Below are positions 9,749-18,950 of a stretch of 64,000 nt of DNA, in pieces (the first letter of the stretch is position 1; every line of letters starts with the position of its first letter). A program made the translations under genes and the position numbers. The notes beneath the pieces are model-generated. The model did no database searches. It was not told where the DNA came from and saw only the letters and a program-made list of their open reading frames with translations. Where the stretch lies: positions 77,302 through 141,301 of the forward strand of contig JAPDJY010000035.1 of NCBI GenBank assembly GCA_029258835.1, in the 5' to 3' direction. Origin of the DNA: Thermoproteota archaeon (GTDB lineage Archaea > Asgardarchaeota > Jordiarchaeia > Jordiarchaeales > Freyrarchaeaceae).

Positions 9749-11305
9749 TTACCTGTTCAACCTAGCTGAAAAACCTATGAATACGGGCCCTCTAACATCA
9801 ATTTTCTTGTTCTTTGAAGTTAAGTAAAACCTTATGTTATCCCTCACTAAGAGGTTAATGTCAGCTGCACTTTTAACCATTTTAACTCTCATGGAAAGTT
9901 CCATTTTTTCTCCGTTTAAAATCTCTTTCTCCACTTTTCTGGCGAATAAAGCAGCTAGCCCGTCTAAGTATCTTAACTTCGCCCTTACACCTTTTGCTTT
10001 CTCTAGGGGTAACCCAAGTATGTTTCCGTTTTCAACGCATATTACATTTAACGCCGCTGGACCAAGGAGCTTGACCCCCTTCTCGGTCTCGAAGACGGAG
10101 ACTGTAAGTTCACCCTTACTAGTGTTTCCTTTCCAAGCAGTAAACTCGCATGGTGCATCTGCATCCTTATTGGCTTCAGCAGTGTTAATCAACGCGTTCA
10201 TTATTTCACGTCCTAACCCGGTTTCAGGATATTCCGCGTAGGAGAGGCTTTCAGCTATTTCCTCGTCAAGGTAAAATTCTCTCTTGTAAAAGTAGGGGTA
10301 AGTTAGCCTTCTTATGTCCGTTTCACCTGTTCTTATCATAACAAACCTTTCTAAACCGAATCCAGCGTTGAATACAGGGACGCCTATTCCATACTTTGCT
10401 AGACTCACAGGCGAGTAAAAGCCACAGTCACCAACTTCAATCCACTCCTTGGTTTCTGGATGCTGGATGAAAACTTCAAACTCTGTACGTGGCGCATAAT
10501 ACTTTGATGTGGCATCCTTAATTCTAAATTCCGCTTTTGAAAAACCTATTTTCCTGAGGAATTCACGTACTACTTCTTTTCCGTCGTCTAACGTGATTTC
10601 ATCGGTCATGATAACCAGCGAGGCCGTGAAGGAGCTGTAAAGGTGCACCGCATCAAGCCTCTGCTCCCGCCTAAACTTTTGTCCAACAGTGAATAACTGA
10701 ACTGGAAGATCACGCCACCTATAAATTTCACTTAGTACGGGAAACCAGAGAGCAGTCATGTGTGATCTAAGAGTAAGCGATGATGGGATGGGTTTAAGCT
10801 CCTTGAACTCTTGGAAAACACCGTCGATTATTTTTGTGGCATCGCTTTCAGTTAGCTCTAATTCTTTAACCATGGCTTCAACCAGATCGTCAGCCTCGAT
10901 TTCTCCTTTTTTGTACCTTCTAAAGAGCCTCTGCAGCTCCCTAAACCTGTTAAAGGACGGAGTCATCTCCTTGATTTGCCTGATCTTATCCTTGCTAAGG
11001 CCTATGTCAGGTCGAGGCAATCCTGCCAAATAGAAAACCCTGTCTAAAATTATGGGCGCTTCAGGCCCATATTCCTTATAAACCTCACTTTCATTGACAA
11101 TCACCGGCAAGATCACTTCTTCAAAGCCCATTTCCACCAAAGTTCTTCTTACTTCTTCTATGAAATCCATTATTTCATTACTCTTGCCCAACGGCTTAAG
11201 TCTAAAGCACCGCCCTTCTATCCTGAGAAATCTGCGAGACTCCATCCAAGCGGACTCATAATCCTTCTTAGCCTTCTCCAGAAGTGCTTTAATGTTGAAC
11301 CTCAT
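9749..11305 (-). CDS. sepS: O-phosphoseryl-tRNA(Cys) synthetase
   Basis: LDRVFYLAGLPRPDIG, TLRSHMTA, FRREQRLD, SKYY, GFYSPVSLAKYGI, GFGLER, KLLGPAALN. Confidence 0.92.
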   Translation of the reverse strand: MRFNIKALLEKAKKDYESAWMESRRFLRIEGRCFRLKPLGKSNEIMDFIEEVRRTLVEMGFEEVILPVIVNESEVYKEYGPEAPIILDRVFYLAGLPRPDIGLSKDKIRQIKEMTPSFNRFRELQRLFRRYKKGEIEADDLVEAMVKELELTESDATKIIDGVFQEFKELKPIPSSLTLRSHMTALWFPVLSEIYRWRDLPVQLFTVGQKFRREQRLDAVHLYSSFTASLVIMTDEITLDDGKEVVREFLRKIGFSKAEFRIKDATSKYYAPRTEFEVFIQHPETKEWIEVGDCGFYSPVSLAKYGIGVPVFNAGFGLERFVMIRTGETDIRRLTYPYFYKREFYLDEEIAESLSYAEYPETGLGREIMNALINTAEANKDADAPCEFTAWKGNTSKGELTVSVFETEKGVKLLGPAALNVICVENGNILGLPLEKAKGVRAKLRYLDGLAALFARKVEKEILNGEKMELSMRVKMVKSAADINLLVRDNIRFYLTSKNKKIDVRGPVFIGFSARLNR

Positions 11306-11942
11306 TCTTTTTCCACCCTAACTGCTTCATGAACTCTTCAAGTTTTCTTGTCAACCTTTCTTCTTGTAACACAAGGAGAAATTCTGCCCTAGTTTTCTCT
11401 AAGAGGCTACGGGCAACATCGCACTTATGCTTAAAGCCTAAAGCAATAACCTCAGGGTGGTCGATGAGCATCATGCTCAGGTATATTTCCTCCATTAGGT
11501 TCACCGCCCGCTCTGCATCACCAAACCTTTTTTCTTTCATGCTTATTAGGACGCTGCGGCGTAACTCCCCTACGAAGTCACCTAACGCCATTAGGTAAGA
11601 AACATTCGGCACATTCAATTCCTTAGGGGAAGGCATCCTTTCACCTTTCATGAAGGAGTGTAAAAGGCAAGCTTCCGCATACTCTTGAAACGCTGTGGAC
11701 GCAAAGCCCTTGAAAATGAAGTCTACGTATCTCTCCGCTACAGAAACCATTTCCTCTAAACACTTCTTCGCCTTCCTCAAGTTTTCCTCGGCGTCATCCA
11801 TTTTTCCTCTCTGCATGGACCTAATAGCAAAACCCGAATACCTGACAACATCCCTTGAAAGCGATAAAACCCTCTCTCTAACTTTATCACGTTCATCGAG
11901 CTCCCTTATTATCTCAAGGACTATGTCTCTCATGTTAAACAT
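11289..11942 (-). CDS. Translin-family protein
   Basis: All-helical; QEYAEA, YLMALGDFVGELRR, KCDVARSLLEKT. Confidence 0.8.
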   Translation of the reverse strand: MFNMRDIVLEIIRELDERDKVRERVLSLSRDVVRYSGFAIRSMQRGKMDDAEENLRKAKKCLEEMVSVAERYVDFIFKGFASTAFQEYAEACLLHSFMKGERMPSPKELNVPNVSYLMALGDFVGELRRSVLISMKEKRFGDAERAVNLMEEIYLSMMLIDHPEVIALGFKHKCDVARSLLEKTRAEFLLVLQEERLTRKLEEFMKQLGWKKNEVQH

Positions 11943-12011
11943 AACATCACCTAGAAGGAAACGTTTTTACCCTTTTTCTTCTATCGATTGCATGGAAGCA
12001 CACGTTTCTTA

Positions 12012-12983
12012 TTACGCCACTTTCACGGGTTTATCAAGTTTGCTTAAGAGCACAACCCTACTTGCAATGGACGAGCCTATTACTTTATATCCTATCAATT
12101 CCCCTATTTTCTCTGCGAAGGGCATCAACTCCTTAACCGATAACATGTTACCACTATTCAACCCTCGCCTAGTGGACATTCCAACAGAAACATAACTTTT
12201 ACACTCTACATAGGTCGGTTCGGCTAAGTTTATTAGCTTTGCGTACCCTTCCGGGTCCATGAAATTTAATCCTTTAACTAGGGTAAGCCGGACGACTGTG
12301 GGACAGCTGAATCCCCTCATAAGGCTGAGGCTCTCCTTGACACGCTCCCAAGCATCCTTCAGGAGAGGCCTGCAGACCCTTCTATAAGTTTCCTCATCTG
12401 GAGCGTAGAGTGTAAGGTACAATTGAGTAGGATTCCTAATCTCCGCTAACCTTTCGGGCATGGTGCCATTGGTAACTAGAAACGTGGTCATGCCTTTCCT
12501 GTGGAATACTTCTATCAGCTCGCCTAGCTTAGGGTATAGGGTTGGTTCCCCCGCCAAACTTATAGCGGCGTGCTTCGGCTCGAGCGCCTCCTCCCACCTT
12601 TCCCGGCTGACTAATGGATGATGTACTGGATTAAAGCCGGTGAGGATCCTGCGTTGCGCCTCTATGCAGCCTTCAACTATCTCTTCAGGATCATCTACTT
12701 CTGCCCGCATTATCGCTAATTGGTCCCATTCAATACCAGCATCCCCTGGCTCTATGCGCCAACACGGAAGACACCTATTTGTACAGAAAACGGCACAAGG
12801 CGTCATCTGTAAGCATCTATGAGATTTGATATTATACCACTCCTGCTTGTAACAGTGCCCTCTTCCAGTTAGACCCTTATAAAACCAATGGCAGCGCTTC
12901 ACCGCAGAGTGCCTTCCAACTAGCTGATACTTTTGCTTCCTCAAAATAGTTGAAAGGTCCTTCGGAATCAGGGTTTCCTGCAT
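12012..12983 (-). CDS. taw1: 4-demethylwyosine synthase (radical SAM)
   Basis: HSAVKRCHW, CYK, SHRCLQMTP, CTNRCLPCWR, HAAISLAGEPTLY, FLVTNG. Confidence 0.92.
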   Translation of the reverse strand: MQETLIPKDLSTILRKQKYQLVGRHSAVKRCHWFYKGLTGRGHCYKQEWYNIKSHRCLQMTPCAVFCTNRCLPCWRIEPGDAGIEWDQLAIMRAEVDDPEEIVEGCIEAQRRILTGFNPVHHPLVSRERWEEALEPKHAAISLAGEPTLYPKLGELIEVFHRKGMTTFLVTNGTMPERLAEIRNPTQLYLTLYAPDEETYRRVCRPLLKDAWERVKESLSLMRGFSCPTVVRLTLVKGLNFMDPEGYAKLINLAEPTYVECKSYVSVGMSTRRGLNSGNMLSVKELMPFAEKIGELIGYKVIGSSIASRVVLLSKLDKPVKVA

Positions 12984-13032
12984 TTTTCAACCACCAATTT
13001 ACGAGTGAAACATAAGTTAGAACTAAGCGACT

Positions 13033-14211
13033 CTAAATCACTTTTTCCTCTCTCAGCCTTTTAATCTCTTCCTCACTATAGCCTAGTTCTTTAAGGATCT
13101 CTTCCGTGTGTTCCCCTAGAAGAGGTGGATACCGCCTGATTACACTCCATTTCTCTGAAAATTTTAATGGGAATCCAACCTGCTTAATTTTTCCCGCCTT
13201 TGGATGTTCAACTTCCATTAGCATCTCACGGTGCAAAACCTGAGGATCAGAGAAGACTTCTTCTATCTCGTTAACAGGTCCGCAGGGCACGTCTGCATCC
13301 CCGAAAATCTTCAACCATTCATCTCTCGTCTTACTTCTGATTATTTGACGGATGATCCCGGATAGCTCTTCTCGTTTCTCAGGTGAAAGGTACGGATAAT
13401 TTTCAAGATCCAGCCTACCCACTGCCCTACAGAAGTTCCTCCAGAACGCCTCCTCCAGCATTCCCAAGGTGATGTACTTTCCATCACTCGTCTCGTAAAC
13501 GCCATAGCTACCCAGGCCCCCCGCTAAAATATTCTCCCCTCGCCTTGTAGCGACGCCACCTATAAGGTACATGCCAGCGTAGATTGAAAGCCATGAAACC
13601 ACTCCATCCAGCATCGAGACATCAACATATTGGCCTTTTCCAGTCTTCTCCCTCATAAGGAGGGCTGCCAGTATGCCTACGACCCCCATCATTCCCCCTC
13701 CACCTAAATCTGCTATGGGGACTCCTGGGATGATCGGAGGCTTACCCTTCTCTCCCGTTAAAGCGAGTATGCCGCCGATTCCTATGTAATTAATGTCGTG
13801 GCCGCTTTTTCTAGCATATGGCCCGTTTTGACCAAAGCCAGAAATAGAGCAGTATATTATACGTGGGTTCAACTTGCTAACAGTTTCATAATCTATCTTA
13901 AGCCTCTTTGCAACGCCGGGCCTAAACCCTTCAAGGACGACGTCGCTTTTCCTAATGAGCTTATAGAAGATTTCCCGTCCTTTCTCGCTCTTCAAGTTCA
14001 ACGTGACACTTTTCTTGTTACGATTAACTGACATGAAGATTGCGCTTTCTCCATTAATGAAGGGCGGATTCCAGCGAGTCCAGTCTCCGCTCCCTGGTTC
14101 CTCGATCTTTATCACCTCTGCCCCTAGGTCGCCGAGAAACATGGAGCAGAAGGGGCCGGGAAGTAGCCGCGTTAAATCCAAGACGATGATCCCTTCCAGT
14201 GGAGCAACCAT
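13033..14211 (-). CDS. CaiB/BaiF (family III) CoA-transferase
   Basis: LDLTRLLPGP, DLGAEVIKIE, NRNKKS, SGFGQNGP, GHD, PPLLGEHT. Confidence 0.92.
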   Translation of the reverse strand: MVAPLEGIIVLDLTRLLPGPFCSMFLGDLGAEVIKIEEPGSGDWTRWNPPFINGESAIFMSVNRNKKSVTLNLKSEKGREIFYKLIRKSDVVLEGFRPGVAKRLKIDYETVSKLNPRIIYCSISGFGQNGPYARKSGHDINYIGIGGILALTGEKGKPPIIPGVPIADLGGGGMMGVVGILAALLMREKTGKGQYVDVSMLDGVVSWLSIYAGMYLIGGVATRRGENILAGGLGSYGVYETSDGKYITLGMLEEAFWRNFCRAVGRLDLENYPYLSPEKREELSGIIRQIIRSKTRDEWLKIFGDADVPCGPVNEIEEVFSDPQVLHREMLMEVEHPKAGKIKQVGFPLKFSEKWSVIRRYPPLLGEHTEEILKELGYSEEEIKRLREEKVI

Positions 14212-14260
14212 AAGGGTTCACCTCAATTTTTTCAAGTACTTGAAAAATAATGTAACCATT

Positions 14261-15793
14261 TTAATGTTTAAAGTGACGTTTACCAGTATGTATCATGACC
14301 ATGTCATACTCGTTGGCTGCCTCTGTGACTTCTTGGTCACGCTTAGATCCTCCCGGCTGTATAATGCACGTGATTCCTGCCTCCGCTGCTGCGTCTACCG
14401 TGTCCCTAAACGGTATGAAGCCGTCTGATGCTAGGGCGCCTCCTTTTGCCCGGTCGCCTGCTTTCTCTAAGGCAAGCTTTGCGGAATCAACTCTGCTCAT
14501 TTGCCCTGCTCCCACTCCTACAATCCAGTCTGGCGTAGAAACCACTATAGCATTCGACTTAACATGCTTCACTATCTTCCAGCCGAAAAGTGCTGCTTGA
14601 AGCTCCTTCTCCGTCGGCTTTCTCAGGCTTACAACCTTAAAACCTTCTACTTGCTCGTCTACCACATCCTCTGTTTGAACTAGTAATCCACCAGTCACCC
14701 TCCTGAAGTCTATTCCAGCACTACGCGGATTAAGGCGTGGAAGTCTGAGTACCCTTAGGTTTTCTTTTCTCCTAAGCTCGTTTAACGCAGCCGGCGTGTA
14801 GCCGGGTGCGACAACCGCCTCGACGAATGTGGAGGTAATCTCCTTAGCGACTTCTAAGTCAGCTTCTCTGTTCAGCCCGACTATACTGCCGTAAGCAGAC
14901 AGTGGGTCGCTTTCCCTAGCCTTAACGTATGCTTCACGTATGGTTTCCCCTATTGCTGCGCCACAGGGGTTCGTATGCTTAATTACAACAGCCATTGGAG
15001 ACGTAAACTCTCTGACTATCTCTATGGCTGCATTTAAATCCAACATATTATTGAAGGATAATTCTCTTCCGTGAAGCTGCTCGGCGTCAACTACCGTTGC
15101 GTCCTCACTGGGATACGCCTCTCTATACAACGCTGCTACCTGATGCGGATTCTCACCATATCTTAAATTTTGAACCTTAACGAATTTGAGCGTTAAAAAT
15201 TCAGGTAATACTTCTTCCTCGAAAAACCTCTTGGAAAGAGTATATGCTATGAAGTCATCGTACTCTGAAGTGTATGCAAACGCTTTCACTGCAAGACGCC
15301 TTCTCGTTTCCTCCTTAACTTCTCCGTGTTGCTTCAGTTCGTCTATGACTATCTTGTAATCTTTAGGATCTACGACAACCGTGACGCGTTCAAAGTTCTT
15401 TGCTGCAGCCCTAACAAGGCTTGGTCCACCAATGTCGATGTAATCAACGAGCTTCTCTAATCCTTCTCTCACGGCAGCCTCCTTGAAAGGGTACAGGTTG
15501 ACGGCGACCAGGTCTATTGGCTTTACGCCTAGTTTTTCAAGTTGCTCTAAGTGATCTTTTCTATCTCTAGCCAAGACCGCACTGTAAATATACGGATGTA
15601 AGCTTTTAACTCTGCCATCTAGAAGCTCTGCGAACCCTGTTAGCTCAGACACCCTCTTGACGGGCAACCCCTTAAGCGCTTTAGCAGTTCCATCCGTTGC
15701 AATTATTTCAACGCCCATCTCATGGAGGGCGGCTGCAAACTCGTAAACTCCCTTCTTGTCCCAGACGCTTATTAGGGCCCGCTTAACCTTCAC
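14261..15793 (-). CDS. purH: Bifunctional AICAR transformylase / IMP cyclohydrolase
   Basis: ALISVWDK, GRVKSLHP, IDIGG, LRYGENPHQ, KHTNPCG, KSNAI, GAGQMSRVD, IIQPGGS, RHFKH. Confidence 0.95.
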   Translation of the reverse strand: MKVKRALISVWDKKGVYEFAAALHEMGVEIIATDGTAKALKGLPVKRVSELTGFAELLDGRVKSLHPYIYSAVLARDRKDHLEQLEKLGVKPIDLVAVNLYPFKEAAVREGLEKLVDYIDIGGPSLVRAAAKNFERVTVVVDPKDYKIVIDELKQHGEVKEETRRRLAVKAFAYTSEYDDFIAYTLSKRFFEEEVLPEFLTLKFVKVQNLRYGENPHQVAALYREAYPSEDATVVDAEQLHGRELSFNNMLDLNAAIEIVREFTSPMAVVIKHTNPCGAAIGETIREAYVKARESDPLSAYGSIVGLNREADLEVAKEITSTFVEAVVAPGYTPAALNELRRKENLRVLRLPRLNPRSAGIDFRRVTGGLLVQTEDVVDEQVEGFKVVSLRKPTEKELQAALFGWKIVKHVKSNAIVVSTPDWIVGVGAGQMSRVDSAKLALEKAGDRAKGGALASDGFIPFRDTVDAAAEAGITCIIQPGGSKRDQEVTEAANEYDMVMIHTGKRHFKH

Positions 15794-15804
15794 CAGACAC
15801 CCTC

Positions 15805-16680
15805 CTAGGCCTCTCTTCTTAAACTTTTTTTGGCTGCGTCTAAAACATTTTTCAGTAACATTGCCACCGTCATGGGACCTACTCCTCCAGGTACAGGCGT
15901 GATAGCAGAGGCTTTCTCTTTCACCCTTTCAAAGTCGACGTCGCCCACTATCCGCCCCTCAACCCTGTTAATTCCAACATCTACCACCACAGCTCCATCC
16001 TTTACCATGTCTTCGGTGATGAACATCGGCTTCCCAACGGCAACAACCAGAATGTCTGCCGACCTTGTATGGTCCGTGAGGTTAACAGTCTTTGAGTGGC
16101 ACACCGTTACGGTTGCGTCCCTATTAGTCATCATAACCATTAAGGGGCGCCCGACAATTTTGCTCCTGTTAATTATAACTACATGTTTGCCTCTGAGTGA
16201 AATTCCCTCCTTGCTAAGAAGGGTTATTATACCAGTAGGTGTACATGGGGTGATTGCTTCATCACCAAGCAGCAAGCGACCCATGTTAACAGGGTGAAGG
16301 CCATCAACATCCTTCTCAGGGGGGATTGAAGTGATTATCCTATTTTCATCTAGGTGAGGCGGTAATGGAAGTTGAACAATTATACCGTGAATGCTACTCT
16401 CACCATTAAGTTTCTGTAAAAGTTCGATTACGTCTTCTTCACCTACGTTTTCTGGTAACGAGTACTTTCTGAACTCGAACGACGCTTCTTCACATGCCTT
16501 CCTCTTTATCCTCAGGTAAACTTCAGAGGCAGGATCACTGCCGACGAGAATAGCCGCTAGTCCTGGACGCACACCGTGCTCTTCCCATAGCAGTTTAGCT
16601 TCCTCGGCAAGCTGCTTTCTAATCTCTGCCGCAATTCTCCTTCCATCAATCACCCGTGCGCCCATCCCCCTAACCTCCAA
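15805..16680 (-). CDS. folD: Methylene-THF dehydrogenase/cyclohydrolase
   Basis: IVQLPLP, KDVDGLHP, PCTP, RSKIVGRP, DVGINR, TPVPGGVGPMT. Confidence 0.95.
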   Translation of the reverse strand: MEVRGMGARVIDGRRIAAEIRKQLAEEAKLLWEEHGVRPGLAAILVGSDPASEVYLRIKRKACEEASFEFRKYSLPENVGEEDVIELLQKLNGESSIHGIIVQLPLPPHLDENRIITSIPPEKDVDGLHPVNMGRLLLGDEAITPCTPTGIITLLSKEGISLRGKHVVIINRSKIVGRPLMVMMTNRDATVTVCHSKTVNLTDHTRSADILVVAVGKPMFITEDMVKDGAVVVDVGINRVEGRIVGDVDFERVKEKASAITPVPGGVGPMTVAMLLKNVLDAAKKSLRREA

Positions 16681-16830
16681 AGCACTCTTATGTAAGCGTG
16701 ATTTATAAGAGTGTGCGTAATCATCTTGCTTCCACGGAGATTTTACATGTTAACTTTCTCTACACGACGCAAGCCTTTTTAAATAGGTGCGTTTCCACTT
16801 CAACTCGAACACACCCGAAAAGGAGTGTGA

Positions 16831-17679
16831 GTTAGAACGTACGTTGCCTTAACCATAGACCTTGACAGGGACTACCCACTTCCGGTTAGGGGTAAGCTTG
16901 AAGCCTCCAGCTATATTCCAGACGGAAGACCAAACTTTACCTGTACAAAGACTGGATTAAGGGAAGTGATCCGCCTCTTGGAGGAAAACGGCATAAAAGC
17001 TTCCTTCTTCGTAGAAGCCGTAACTTTGCAGCACCTACAACTCCAAGAAGAAGAATCAATTAGACCAATCGCGGAGAACGAGGTTGGATGCCATGGACTA
17101 AACCATGAAGACCTCACCGGAAAACACACAGGTCTTCAACTCACGCCAACACAGCAACTTGAAAGTATTAAAAAAGCAACAGAAATTATAGCCCGTATAA
17201 CTGGCGTTAAACCGTTAGGGTTTAGGGCGCCTTACTTATCTATTAACCGTAGCATAGAAAGAATCCTTGCAGACTTAAATTACATGTATGATTCATCGAA
17301 GTATCTGGAAGTATTTAAGCCACCTCACCCATATTTTCTTGGGTGTAAGCTTATCGAGGTCCCTTTACCACTATATCCTATCGGCAAAAGGAAGGCAACA
17401 CTTTACACTTGGACGCTGCTGGAGGGAAAAAGAACGCTTGAGGAATACAAGAATATTCTAACCACATATATAGAAAACGATGACGGAGGCATACTAATGG
17501 TTTCAACACATACGTGGCATCTAGCGTATAATATATCAAAATGTAAGAAGCTGCCTCCTAAACAAGTAAGAGAAAACATCTATAAGATACATGATCTTCT
17601 GGCGTACCTTGAATCCAAAGGAGCGCGCATAACCCCGATAGCAGAATATTTAAAGCAGAAGGGATTTTCCAAAGGATAG
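16831..17679 (+). CDS. Polysaccharide deacetylase (NodB/CE4-like); true start uncertain, upstream of the called 16966
   Basis: In-frame upstream extension VRTYVALTIDLDRD carries the first catalytic motif; also SFFVE, EVGCHGLNHE, GFRAPY, YDSS. Confidence 0.75.
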   Translation, partial: VRTYVALTIDLDRDYPLPVRGKLEASSYIPDGRPNFTCTKTGLREVIRLLEENGIKASFFVEAVTLQHLQLQEEESIRPIAENEVGCHGLNHEDLTGKHTGLQLTPTQQLESIKKATEIIARITGVKPLGFRAPYLSINRSIERILADLNYMYDSSKYLEVFKPPHPYFLGCKLIEVPLPLYPIGKRKATLYTWTLLEGKRTLEEYKNILTTYIENDDGGILMVSTHTWHLAYNISKCKKLPPKQVRENIYKIHDLLAYLESKGARITPIAEYLKQKGFSKG

Positions 17680-17767
17680 GTTCTAACAGTCTAATTCTTT
17701 AAATTGAGTTTAAGTTTTATTTTTTAGAACGTGAAGGTTTCGCATAGGCGATTAATGAGGTGGTCTA

Positions 17768-18253
17768 GTGACCGTTTACTCATTTAGAGGGAAAACGCCT
17801 CAAATAGATCCTTCAGCCTTTATCGCCCCTAACGCCACGATAATAGGAAACGTTAGAGTTCTGAGAGATGCGAGCATATGGTTTAGCGCTGTGCTAAGAG
17901 GAGATCTTGAACTAATAGAGATCGGCGAACGAACAAACATTCAGGATAACGTGACTATACACGCTGATCCTGGATGCCCTTGCCGTATAGGCAACGATGT
18001 CATAGTAGGACATAACTCTGTTCTGCACGGTTGCACAATAGGAAATAACGTAGTGGTCGGTATGGGAAGTGTCATCCTTAACGGCGCGAAGATCGGGGAT
18101 GGAAGTATAGTTGGCGCGGGAACGGTAATAACCGAAAGAAAAGAATTTCCTCCAAATAGTCTTATAGTAGGAAACCCTGCCATACTTAAAAAGCAACTTT
18201 CTCCAGAGGTAATAGCTAGAATAAAAATGGTGCTGAGATCTACGTTCAATTAG
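17768..18253 (+). CDS. Gamma-carbonic-anhydrase/YrdA-like hexapeptide-repeat protein (apparent 3' frameshift)
   Basis: PQIDPSAFIAPNATIIGNV, LRGD, NIQDN, VGHNSVLHGC; family-like tail continues in another frame to 18288. Confidence 0.85.
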   Translation: MTVYSFRGKTPQIDPSAFIAPNATIIGNVRVLRDASIWFSAVLRGDLELIEIGERTNIQDNVTIHADPGCPCRIGNDVIVGHNSVLHGCTIGNNVVVGMGSVILNGAKIGDGSIVGAGTVITERKEFPPNSLIVGNPAILKKQLSPEVIARIKMVLRSTFN

Positions 18254-18386
18254 CTCGAGATTACATAAAAATTCTCTCGGAAAAATAGAAGGTCCTTATT
18301 AGAGCCGCCCATAAGAAAAACCCGAATATACAAGTAATTAAGAGGGCATTCGGCTACTAGCCTATAGTTTTAGAGGGCGCTTTAAG

Positions 18387-18950
18387 TTGGCATGTTATGA
18401 TATTGTGAGACGCGTCATAGAGGAGTTAGACGCTTTCGCTTCATTCAAACCTCCCTTATTTTCAAGTGTCCTGTTCAGTAACTCTACATATCTTTTTTTA
18501 AGAAAGAATGTGTTAAACGGGAGCATTTTCTCTCTTTTGAAGGGATTAAAGGAAATGCAGAAATTTTACAGGCGAACTCTACACTTTCGTGCTTTCATTT
18601 TCTCTTTACTCGCTTGCTTTATCACCTCCTTTTTTGCTCCCATCTTGGGATTAAACGAAGCTTTTACAATATTTCCTGTCACAGCATGCTTCTTAGCAAT
18701 CACCTTCATCTTCTTAGGTGACTACGTTATTTATAGGGCTCACATGCCGGTAGCTACTCGGCTATTTGCCCTGCAAGCAAAGGAGGCCAGAGCAGTAGCT
18801 CAACTTTTAATTTCTCTTCACTCGGGAAGTTTAAAAACACTGAAAGTTTTTTACCCAAGATACTATGATGTGACCGTGGTGGGAAGAGCCATCACATTTA
18901 ACCCTTTCCTAATGGTGAAGCTGCTAGTAGCTACTAAGAGCCGCTCCTGA
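18387..18950 (+). CDS. Hypothetical membrane protein
   Basis: 187-aa ORF with GAGGG RBS and two hydrophobic segments; no family recognised. Confidence 0.45.
   Translation: MACYDIVRRVIEELDAFASFKPPLFSSVLFSNSTYLFLRKNVLNGSIFSLLKGLKEMQKFYRRTLHFRAFIFSLLACFITSFFAPILGLNEAFTIFPVTACFLAITFIFLGDYVIYRAHMPVATRLFALQAKEARAVAQLLISLHSGSLKTLKVFYPRYYDVTVVGRAITFNPFLMVKLLVATKSRS

Noticed and set aside
16825-16833. GTG-TGA as a selenocysteine codon at position 2 of the deacetylase
   Set aside because: Not a Cys-equivalent site, no spacing from the RBS, and no SECIS-like element recognised
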